A stretch of 64,000 nucleotides of DNA from Actinomycetota bacterium (GTDB lineage Bacteria; Actinomycetota; CADDZG01; JAHWKV01). Positions 26,325 through 34,777 of the stretch are shown here, piece after piece. Every line of letters starts with the position of its first letter. The stretch's first letter is position 1. The stretch covers positions 10,805 through 74,804 of the forward strand of contig JAHWKU010000010.1 in the NCBI GenBank assembly GCA_019347715.1. Direction: 5' to 3'. Made by a program: the position numbers and the translations under genes. The notes below the pieces were generated by a model. That model was not told where the DNA came from. It saw only the letters and a list, made by a program, of their open reading frames with translations, and did no database searches.

Positions 26325-28277
26325 TTGGGCCCAGTGAACGAAAAGATCTTCGATGGCCTAAACGACGAGCAGCGCTCCGCGGTCGAGGCCACCCGCGGCC
26401 CCCTGTGCATCCTCGCGGGGGCCGGCTCGGGTAAGACGACGACTATCACCCGTCGCATCGCCAACCAGGTCGCGTCGGGAGCGTTCGGGGCCCGTCAGAT
26501 CCTTGCCGTCACCTTCACCGAGAAGGCCGCCGGCGAGATGGCCCGCCGTCTCGAGAACCTCGGAATCCCAGGGGTGCGAGCGCGCACCTTCCACGCCGAG
26601 GCCCTCGCGCAGTACCGGCGTTTCTCCAGGGACGAGAGCGAGATCGTCGCCGCCAAGGCGCCGTTGCTGACATCGCTAGTGCGGTCGCTGCCGCCGCCGC
26701 ATCGCTTCACGGCGCTTCGCGACGTCGCCACCGAGATCGAGTGGGCCAAGAACCGCAGGATCACACCGCAGGATTACGAAGAGAACGTCGGCGACCGAAA
26801 GCCGCCGGTCCCGGCGGAGATGATGGCGAGCATCTACTCGTCTTACGAGCGACGAAAGTCGCGGGCGAAGCTGATCGACTTCGAGGATCTGCTCGGCCAC
26901 ACGATAGAGGTGCTTGCAGCCAGCGATGACGCGCTGCAGCAAGTGCACGACAACTATCAGGCTTTTACCGTTGACGAATACCAGGACGTGAACCTCCTTC
27001 AGGAGACGCTTCTTCGCACATGGCTCGGCGATCGAAACGAGGTCTGCGTTGTCGGCGACGACTATCAATCCATCTTCGGCTTCACTGGTGCGACGCCGGA
27101 ATATCTCCTGCAATTCCCGGATCGATTCGCCGGTTGCAATGTCGTCCGCCTGACTGCCAATTACCGATCGACTCCGCCGATCCTCGATGTCGCCAACCGA
27201 CTGGCGCCTCGATTGGGTGGATCAAAAAAGATGCTTACGCCGGTGGCCAAGCAGGGCCCACCTCCAGACTTTCGATCGTTCACAACCGGCGATGATGAAG
27301 TCGCGTGGATCGTCTCGGAAGCAAACCGGATCCATGCCGAGGGAACCGCATGGGAAGAGATGGCCGTGCTCTATCGCATCAACGCAAGGTCGGAGCCGTT
27401 CGAAGAAGCGTTTTCGGTCAACCAGATTCCGTTTCAGGTGCGTGACTCGATCTTTCTGCGCCGGCCCGCGGCCCGCTCGGTGTTGTCGAAATTAAGAAGA
27501 GCATCCGGGCCGCCGGCGGAAGTGGTGGCGAAGATCGCGGACGATCTCGGCTATCGCGAGGACTCGGAGGAGACCGACGGCGAGGAGGCCACGCGTCAGG
27601 CGGATCTCGGGCGGCTCGTTCGGCTCGCGCAGGAGTATCCGGGTGACGACGGGACAGCCGGCTTCGTCGCCGACCTCGAAGCGCGCTTTCGTCCCGATGC
27701 CGAGGGCCGCGGGATCAATCTCCTCACTTATCACCGGGCGAAGGGCCTCGAATTCGAAGCGGTATTTCTTCCGAGACTCGAGGACCGGGAGCTTCCATTC
27801 GCGATGGCAACGGACGAGCGGCTTACAGAGGAACGGCGTCTCTTCTACGTCGGGATCACTAGAGCCAAGAAGCGGCTGATGATCTCATGGGCTTTGTTCC
27901 GACCGGATGAGCGGGCCAAGAACCGTCGCCCGTCGCCATTTCTGGAAGAGATCCTGCCGGCGTCCTCGAAGGCCGCGTCGAAAGCAGCGCCGGCCCAGCC
28001 GGCTCCCAGCCGCGAACGCAGCCGCCGTGAGGTCGCGCCCGAACATCGTGATCTCTTCGAAGCCCTCAAAGAATGGAGATCGCGCCACGCGCGCGAGGCC
28101 GGCGTCCCGGCATACATCGTTTTCAACGACGAGACCCTCGCCCGAATATCCGAGATGAGGCCGACGTCGTCCATCGCGCTGCTGAAAGTCCCAGGCATCG
28201 GCCCGTCGAAAAGCTCCAGCTACGGCGAACACGTCCTAGCCCTAGTGGCCGCCCACAGCCGTATGAACCGAGCGTAA
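26325..28277 (+). CDS. UvrD/PcrA/Rep-family ATP-dependent DNA helicase with C-terminal HRDC-like domain
   Basis: 650 aa. Walker A AGAGSGKTTTITRRIA. Helicase motifs DEYQDVN, TYHRAKGLEF, FYVGITRAK. C-terminal RDLFEALKEWRSRHAREAGVPAYIVFNDETLARISEMRPTS..LLKVPGIGP resembles an HRDC/RQC-type tail. Confidence 0.85.
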   Translation: MGPVNEKIFDGLNDEQRSAVEATRGPLCILAGAGSGKTTTITRRIANQVASGAFGARQILAVTFTEKAAGEMARRLENLGIPGVRARTFHAEALAQYRRFSRDESEIVAAKAPLLTSLVRSLPPPHRFTALRDVATEIEWAKNRRITPQDYEENVGDRKPPVPAEMMASIYSSYERRKSRAKLIDFEDLLGHTIEVLAASDDALQQVHDNYQAFTVDEYQDVNLLQETLLRTWLGDRNEVCVVGDDYQSIFGFTGATPEYLLQFPDRFAGCNVVRLTANYRSTPPILDVANRLAPRLGGSKKMLTPVAKQGPPPDFRSFTTGDDEVAWIVSEANRIHAEGTAWEEMAVLYRINARSEPFEEAFSVNQIPFQVRDSIFLRRPAARSVLSKLRRASGPPAEVVAKIADDLGYREDSEETDGEEATRQADLGRLVRLAQEYPGDDGTAGFVADLEARFRPDAEGRGINLLTYHRAKGLEFEAVFLPRLEDRELPFAMATDERLTEERRLFYVGITRAKKRLMISWALFRPDERAKNRRPSPFLEEILPASSKAASKAAPAQPAPSRERSRREVAPEHRDLFEALKEWRSRHAREAGVPAYIVFNDETLARISEMRPTSSIALLKVPGIGPSKSSSYGEHVLALVAAHSRMNRA

Positions 28278-28289
28278 GATGCCACTTGA

Positions 28290-28543
28290 TGAAGACTTCT
28301 GGCTGGGCCGATGTCGCCACAAAAAGCGACCTGCATCGCCTGGCTGAACGGGTGGACGCGCGCTTCGAGTTGCTCGATGCTCGCTTCGATGCCGTCGATG
28401 CTCGATTTGAGACTACCAAGCAAGAGCTCATCGCCATTTTCCGGGGCGAGCTAATCTCGCAGACTCGAACCATCATCTTTGCCCTCGTGGGAACCGTAAT
28501 CAGTCTGGGCGCCCTGGCGCTCGGAGTAAGTGGCACTTTTTAA
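28290..28543 (+). CDS. small coiled-coil protein with C-terminal TM anchor (paralog 2)
   Basis: ATG at 28290 ([15 protein letters not shown]...[50 protein letters not shown]) is paralogous to 25860..26270. The track ORF 28073..28543 uses an upstream start that overlaps the helicase. Confidence 0.55.
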
Positions 28544-28690
28544 CAACCCCGATTGTTCGGTACGAGAATTCGCTTAACTACGCGAGCGGTCACACTCAGC
28601 CACCGTATGGGTAGTTAGGCGCGACCGCCTGTGCCAAACGGCCCACGCGCCCGCCCGTGCCAACCAAAACGGGGCCCCCTAGGGCCCCGT

Positions 28691-28717
28691 CTGGAAAATC
28701 CTGTGAGTCGCGCCTCC
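28691..28717 (-). repeat. interspersed repeat family A copy (reverse orientation) at left edge of AT-richer island
   Basis: ctggaaaatcctgtgagtcgcgcctcc, preceded by the hairpin ggggccccctagggcccc. Confidence 0.85.
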
Positions 28718-28724
28718 TAGTGGG

Positions 28725-29336
28725 TTAGCACGGCCCCTGGCCTAGTTGGAACTTGCCGTTCCATTTCTCGTAGATGAATGCCGTCGCCTCGGTGATCTTG
28801 GCGTCGAGATTCGAAGTCGTCACGTAGCGAGCCGTCTTGCCCGAAGCGTTGCTGAGAGGAACATCCTCCTCGGCCCCGTTGTCCCAAGTGACGTGGATCC
28901 TCGATGGAGCGGCCGACGGACCGCCGTCTATCTTGTTGATGATGAATTGCCACTGGGTGCTGTCGCAGTCGTATCCGACGAGCTTGGCCCGGATCGTCTT
29001 GCCTCCGATGACCTCGAAGTCGACCGCGTCGGTCGCAAGGACCTGTCCGTGTCGCAACAGACGAGCCTCGACCTTGTAACCGCCGCTCTTCGCGGTCTCG
29101 GGTGACCAGTCAAGGCTCCAATTCCCCGACTCGCCTTCTGCGGGAGCCGCTACCTCGGTCCAGCCGAAGACGCGTCCGTCCGGCCCCGTCAGCTGCACCT
29201 CGACCAGCCATGGCGCCGCCGTCAAGGTGACTTCCTGCTGGGTCGTGTCCGAGTTGCCGTCGCTGTCGATGACAGTGAGAGCAATGGTGAACGTCCTGTA
29301 GAACGCTCGGATAATCTCGAAGTTCCAACCGTCCAC
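28725..29336 (-). CDS. hypothetical protein (beta-rich, no recognised family)
   Basis: 203-aa ORF only. Composition AT-richer than flanking genes. No motif recognised. Confidence 0.35.
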   Translation of the reverse strand: MDGWNFEIIRAFYRTFTIALTVIDSDGNSDTTQQEVTLTAAPWLVEVQLTGPDGRVFGWTEVAAPAEGESGNWSLDWSPETAKSGGYKVEARLLRHGQVLATDAVDFEVIGGKTIRAKLVGYDCDSTQWQFIINKIDGGPSAAPSRIHVTWDNGAEEDVPLSNASGKTARYVTTSNLDAKITEATAFIYEKWNGKFQLGQGPC

Positions 29337-29889
29337 CTTTTAGAGTTATCGTCACCGGCTTCACGGCACTCGATAGTGCAGCCAACTGTTTTGGGAGGAT
29401 GGTGCAGACACCGAGGGGACCTTCACTTTCTTCATGGGCAGAAGAGTGGCCGCCATTGCCCTTTCTGCGTGGAACAGAAGAATCGGCATACGCTCTTCCG
29501 ATGCTTGAAACGAGGCAAGCATCAGAAGGAAAGAGACGACCGATGAATAAGACAAGCATCAATCCATCCCTTGATGGCCACAAGATTTCGGCTCGAATCG
29601 CGGTCAGCAATCAGATTTGCCAGCGCATTGGTGGTGTCCGAGCGAGAACTCGTAGCGATTTTCCGATTCCCAAGAGAGCTTGATTGATAGGTTGCATGAC
29701 AGACATGCAGGGCGTTCGCGGACAAGCCTGCATAATGGGATCCGCCAATAAGCGCCCCTCGCCGAAGACGATTCTCACGACATCAGGCGAGAATGTGAAC
29801 ATGCACCAAATTGCGGAAAGGAAATGAACGAAAGGATGAAGGGACGGCGATTCACAACATTCGGCTATATCTCTCAACTGCATCCATAA

Positions 29890-30606
29890 ATGGGACAGGC
29901 ACGATGTGTGTGCATCATTCCTGCCAGGGGAGGTTCCAAAGGAATCCGGCGAAAGAATCTCGTACCACTACTCGGCGTTCCACTGATTAGTCGGATCGTA
30001 AGAGTGGCTCAAGCCGCTCATTCAATTGAGCAAGTCGTAGTGTCGACAGATGACACCGAGATAGCCTCAGAAGCTGAGAGGTCAGGTGCCCATGTTTTAT
30101 TGCGTCCTTTAGAACTGAGTACTGACGAAGCGAGTTCTGAATCCGTGGTTCTGCACGCGCTCGACCAATTAGAGCGTGAAAATGAATACCTACCAGAATT
30201 GACTGCTTTCGTGCAATGTACGACTCCTCTAACTAAGTCTGAGGACATTGACGGAACCATAAAGATCCTTCTGGATGAGCAGGCGGACTCAGCTTTTACG
30301 GTAAGTCCCTTTTCTGGATTCGTTTGGCGCCAGTCCGAAATGGGCCGATGGATAGGTATGAACCATAGGGTGACAGTCCGTCAACGAAGACAGGACCGCG
30401 AGCCGGAATTCTTAGAAACAGGCGGAGTGTATGTATTCAAGACTAAGGGCTTCCGGCAGCATAAGCATCGCTTCTTCGGAACTATCGCGGCCTATGTCGT
30501 TGAACCCTCTCAAGCCTTAGAGATAGACGACTCCTGGCAACTTGTCCCAGCAGAGGCACTACTTAGATGGCGTGAGCGCGAAGAAGGGCAGCCTAGAGAC
30601 GGTTAA
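29890..30606 (+). CDS. acylneuraminate cytidylyltransferase family (CMP-nonulosonic acid synthetase, NeuA/PseF/LegF-like)
   Basis: 238 aa. CVCIIPARGGSKGIRRKNLVPLLGVPLI is the hallmark CTP_transf_3 N-terminus. Confidence 0.85.
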   Translation: MGQARCVCIIPARGGSKGIRRKNLVPLLGVPLISRIVRVAQAAHSIEQVVVSTDDTEIASEAERSGAHVLLRPLELSTDEASSESVVLHALDQLERENEYLPELTAFVQCTTPLTKSEDIDGTIKILLDEQADSAFTVSPFSGFVWRQSEMGRWIGMNHRVTVRQRRQDREPEFLETGGVYVFKTKGFRQHKHRFFGTIAAYVVEPSQALEIDDSWQLVPAEALLRWREREEGQPRDG

Positions 30607-30850
30607 CATGATCTCAAGTTGCAACGTGGAGTTGATAGGAGACTCTCGAATTGCCAACAAAACCGAAAACATGCAATGGATTTCGGCGGCCTCAGCCCGG
30701 CTGCGGGGAATTCAGCAGTCAATTAGGGGAGCTATGAGGCCTAACAGCTAAGCGCTGGGACGAAGCCTGATACTAGAGAATGGATCCGACACGTTTCAAG
30801 TGGGCCCCTCGAGGTCGCCACAAGATGACTAGAGACATCGCAAGAACCAT

Positions 30851-33097
30851 ATGATCATCGAGTCGAATATCTCCAAGTACATCGTCTTCGCCGAGGACGG
30901 TATTGCTCATGCCCTCCGCAAGATGACTCTCAACAGATCTCGCACCGTCTTTTGCGTAGGAGAACATGGAACTCTAGAAGGTGTCCTTACGGACGGAGAT
31001 TTCAGGCGATGGATCGTCGAGGAACCTGAAATTGATCTGGATCAACCCGTGTCTCGGATTGTGAATCGAGAGTTTCGCTCAGCATCAGTGCGAGCCTCCC
31101 CGGACGAGATAAGGGATCTCTTCGATGACGGGGTCACTCTCATACCTCTTACAGATGATCGTAATCGGATAGTCAGCATTGCTTTACGCGCGGCGCGAGC
31201 CATTGAGCTCGGAGACTTTACAATCGGTTCTGACGCTCCCGCATTTGTTATTGCGGAGATTGGAATCAATCACAACGGAAGCATCGAACTCGCTAGGCGA
31301 CTAGTTGACGAGGCGGTCCTCGCCGGAGCCGATTGTGTCAAATTCCAGATGCGTTATTTGCCATCCCTTTATCGCAATTCGGGAGACCCCAATGATCTTC
31401 GAGAGGATCTCGGATCGCAGTACATTCTCGATATTCTCAGCAGATTCTCTCTAAGCAATGATGAGCTTTTTGAAACTTTTGATTACGCGCGTGCCCAAGG
31501 CGTACTGCCGCTCTGCACGCCATGGGACGAACAGAGCGTCTTGGCTTTGGAAAACTATGGTATCGATGGGTACAAGATAGCGTCTGCCGATCTCACTAAT
31601 CACGATCTTCTTCGATTCGTTGCGGCTACCAGGAAACCCATGCTGGTCTCCACTGGAATGTCCACCGAGAACGAGATCAAACAAAGCGTCTCGTTGCTGA
31701 GGGATAATGGAGTAGCCTTCGTTTTACTTCATTGCAACTCCACATATCCCGCTCCTCTGAGAGATATTCATCTGAGCTTCCTGGACGGCCTTGCCGAAAT
31801 CGGGGACTGTCCAGTGGGGTACTCAGGCCATGAGCGAGGAATCGCTGTTCCGGTGGCCGCGGTGGCGCTGGGTGCCCGAGTGATCGAAAAGCATTTCACC
31901 CTCGATAAGACTATGGAAGGTAACGACCATAAGGTCAGTCTTTTGCCCCACGAATTTCGAACGATGGTTGACTCCATTCGGCAAGTCGAAGCCGCGCTAT
32001 CAAAGCAAGGCGAAAGACGGCCCAGTCAGGGCGAGTTCATTAACCGCGAGAATCTTGCCAAAAGTCTTATGGCTACCCGGCAGATAGAAGCAGGAGAGAC
32101 GATTACTGACGAAATGCTCATCTCAAGGAGTCCTGGCCGTGGACTTCAGCCGAACTATCGAAAAGCTCTAGTTGGACGCCCTGCACGTCGCTCGATTAAG
32201 CCGGGAGACTTTTTTTACGGCAGTGACCTCGACGATGTTGGAGTGAAGCCCAGAGCCTATAGATTCAGACGTCCTTGGGGACTGCCCGTTCGGTATCACG
32301 ACTTTCAAAATCTCTTGGGTCAGTCAAACATGGATTTTCTAGAATTCCACCTTAGCTACAAAGACATGGAGCAAGAACCTTCGCGCTTTTTCGATCGGCC
32401 TCTAGACCTGGGTATCACCGTCCACAGCCCTGACCTTTTCTCCGGAGACCACCTCATTGACCTGGCAGCGCGCGATGAAGGCTACCGTCTTCGTTCAGTT
32501 CGAGAACTCCAACGGGTCGTGAACACCACGCGTGAACTGTCCGCCTTTTTCTCCAGGTCGTCCAAGCCACTGATCATTGCGAGTTTGGGCGGATTTACGA
32601 AGGAACATCCCCTCGCCGAAGAGGAGCGTCCCGAGCTTTACGAAATGGTGGCTACAAGTCTGGATGCGCTGGACAAGGACGGGGTCGAAATAGTGCCCCA
32701 GACGGTTCCTCCGTTTCCTTGGTACCTAGGTGGGCAACTCCATTGCAACATCTTCGTTGACCCAGTCGATACGGCGACCTTTTGTGAAACGTACGGTTAC
32801 CGAATTTGCCTCGATCTCTCACACTCGAAACTTGCGACCAACTGCCGGAATGCCTCGTTCAAAGAGTTCGTGGAAGCAGTAGGTCCGTACGTAGCCCATA
32901 TCCATGTTTCCGATGCAGAAGGACTTGATGGCGAGGGCCTCCAGATCGGTATGGGCGAAATCGATTTTGCAGTGGTAGCTGAACAACTCGATGTCCTTGC
33001 TCCGAGTGCAGGGTTCATTCCGGAGGTTTGGCAAGGACATAAGAATGACGGCGAGGGATTCTGGGTTGCGCTCGATCGATTGGAGCGTTGGTTCTAG
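30851..33097 (+). CDS. tri-domain fusion: CBS pair + NeuB-family nonulosonic acid synthase (with SAF domain) + sugar-phosphate isomerase/epimerase-like TIM barrel
   Basis: 748 aa. Residues 1-115 form a CBS-pair-like region (IVFAEDGIAHALRKMTLNRSRTVFCVGEHGTLEGVLTDGDFRRWIV). Residues about 120-470 are NeuB-like (AFVIAEIGINHNGSIELARRLVDEAVLAGADCVKFQ...; SAF-like ITDEMLISRSPGRGLQP). Residues about 480-748 resemble xylose-isomerase-like TIM barrels (HSPDLFSGDHL..., AHIHVSDAEGLDGEG). Confidence 0.75.
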   Translation: MIIESNISKYIVFAEDGIAHALRKMTLNRSRTVFCVGEHGTLEGVLTDGDFRRWIVEEPEIDLDQPVSRIVNREFRSASVRASPDEIRDLFDDGVTLIPLTDDRNRIVSIALRAARAIELGDFTIGSDAPAFVIAEIGINHNGSIELARRLVDEAVLAGADCVKFQMRYLPSLYRNSGDPNDLREDLGSQYILDILSRFSLSNDELFETFDYARAQGVLPLCTPWDEQSVLALENYGIDGYKIASADLTNHDLLRFVAATRKPMLVSTGMSTENEIKQSVSLLRDNGVAFVLLHCNSTYPAPLRDIHLSFLDGLAEIGDCPVGYSGHERGIAVPVAAVALGARVIEKHFTLDKTMEGNDHKVSLLPHEFRTMVDSIRQVEAALSKQGERRPSQGEFINRENLAKSLMATRQIEAGETITDEMLISRSPGRGLQPNYRKALVGRPARRSIKPGDFFYGSDLDDVGVKPRAYRFRRPWGLPVRYHDFQNLLGQSNMDFLEFHLSYKDMEQEPSRFFDRPLDLGITVHSPDLFSGDHLIDLAARDEGYRLRSVRELQRVVNTTRELSAFFSRSSKPLIIASLGGFTKEHPLAEEERPELYEMVATSLDALDKDGVEIVPQTVPPFPWYLGGQLHCNIFVDPVDTATFCETYGYRICLDLSHSKLATNCRNASFKEFVEAVGPYVAHIHVSDAEGLDGEGLQIGMGEIDFAVVAEQLDVLAPSAGFIPEVWQGHKNDGEGFWVALDRLERWF

Positions 33098-33643
33098 GTC
33101 TGACCCTGGGGACCCTCCATCACACTCGAAGGGGGCGGGCCGAGCAACATACAAAATCCGGTGAGTCCCTCTCCTGGTGGTGCCCTCCCGATTCCGCTTG
33201 GCGGGAAAAAGTGCACCAGAGTTTTTACAAGAGTTCCCTGTACAGAACTGGAAGAGTTGCTTGGGTCTCTGTAGGGATGTCCAGGAGGGACCCTCTCAGC
33301 AGGGGGTCTGCTCTCCACATCGCTTGGGCGACTGTATTGCGGCAAATGAATGAAAATGATTCCGCGTGTCTATTGTCGGATGGCGTCGCAATTGTTCCGG
33401 CCGACGCCCCTCAGGAGTAAAGGCCAAGCCAGATGACGTACTTGAGCACTCGGGGGGAAAGGGCGCGTCCGAGAGGTCGCTGAACTGATATTGCCTTAGT
33501 AAGTTGGGCCGGCGAACTGAACGTGATTGATCACTTAGTCTTAAAGCCTGAGAAAAGACCTCCCTTCGCAACAGAGCTATGCCTTCCGATGACAATAACT
33601 ACCGAGGTCGGTCGATATGCATAGGCCAAGCTGACTAGCGGGT

Positions 33644-34777
33644 CTAGATCCGTCTGTGGAACTCGATGAACTCGCCGTTTCCACTATCTGTAGTGAAGCC
33701 ATTCGTCTCAAAGCAACGTCGGGAAGGAAGATTATCGCGGTGAACCTCGGCCTCGAAAAGAGTCACCTGATGATCCTCTTTAAGTTCAGCGACTAGGGCA
33801 GAAATTATTTGTGTCCCATAACCCTTACTTCTCTCCACTTTTTCGACAGAGAATGAGATACGTCCGACCCCAGCTACTACATCGATCCTCACCTGACCTA
33901 TGGGCAAGTCACCAACCATGCCGATCCATATTCTGGTGGCTGGATTCTCCAGTGCTCGCCCGAACCACTCGTGGTGATCTGCAGGATTCACAGCCCGGCC
34001 GGATCGGCTGGTCCTTACGGTCGTGGGGTCATTCCTCATGGCTAGAAGAAATTCTTCGTCAGTAAGTATCGCTGGTCTGAGCCTCAAAGTGTCTTTGGGT
34101 TGATGCCTGATTCCTACTCGTTGGAGGATTTCCAACCAAGTCATTTCAGGGCTGCAACCGAGTCCTTCAACATATTTGCGGATGCGAGCTAAGTCTTCGG
34201 GTGTGTCGATAACCCATCGTTCCTTTCCCAAGAGGTGGCTCGTTCGGAGGTTACGAAGAGTGAAGACTTCAGGGTGACGATATATGTAGGGAGTAACATG
34301 CTCACGTTCCGCAGCCTCTTTAGCCTGGCGATCTGCTTCTCGGAGAGTTGACGCTCTCAGAACTTCAACGTCGAGACCCTTGGGATAAGTTCGAACAAGT
34401 GAGTTGGAGAGATAATCGGCTCCGGATGAGTCAAATCGCTCCACCGCCTCATTTATCAAGCCAGGATCGATGAAGGGACAGTCCCCTGTAACGCGCACTA
34501 CGGTTTCCGCAGGAAAAGCATCCAATACTTCGAGAAATCGATGAAGGACATCCATGCTGTCCCCTCTGACCGCGGGTACGCCGAGACGCTCTGCTTCTTG
34601 CTCGATGGGATCGTCTTCCTTCTCGGAGGAAGTAGCGACCATCACCTTAGCCTTCACTCGCTGAAGGCGCTTCAGGATGAAGGTGAGAACGGTTTCGTCG
34701 CCCAGAGGCATCAGGGTCTTGCCAGGCAGACGTCTGGAACCCATTCGGGCCTGGAGAATGCATATGGTTGCTTTCAA
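33644..34777 (-). CDS. fusion: SpsF/PseF-like cytidylyltransferase-family domain + GNAT N-acetyltransferase (PseH-like)
   Basis: 377 aa. N-terminus ICILQARMGSRRLPGKTLMPLGDETVL is CTP_transf_3/SpsF-like. The C-terminal roughly 150 aa form a GNAT fold (IWIGMVGDLPIGQVRIDVVAGVGRISFSVEKVERSKGYGTQIISALV). Last gene of the pse operon, ATGA-coupled to pseG. Confidence 0.75.
   Translation of the reverse strand: MKATICILQARMGSRRLPGKTLMPLGDETVLTFILKRLQRVKAKVMVATSSEKEDDPIEQEAERLGVPAVRGDSMDVLHRFLEVLDAFPAETVVRVTGDCPFIDPGLINEAVERFDSSGADYLSNSLVRTYPKGLDVEVLRASTLREADRQAKEAAEREHVTPYIYRHPEVFTLRNLRTSHLLGKERWVIDTPEDLARIRKYVEGLGCSPEMTWLEILQRVGIRHQPKDTLRLRPAILTDEEFLLAMRNDPTTVRTSRSGRAVNPADHHEWFGRALENPATRIWIGMVGDLPIGQVRIDVVAGVGRISFSVEKVERSKGYGTQIISALVAELKEDHQVTLFEAEVHRDNLPSRRCFETNGFTTDSGNGEFIEFHRRI

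Noticed and set aside
10596-28717. Possibility that repeat family A is a CRISPR array
   Set aside because: Spacing is irregular, from 11 nt to several kb. Copies occur in both orientations and inside genes. No cas genes are present.
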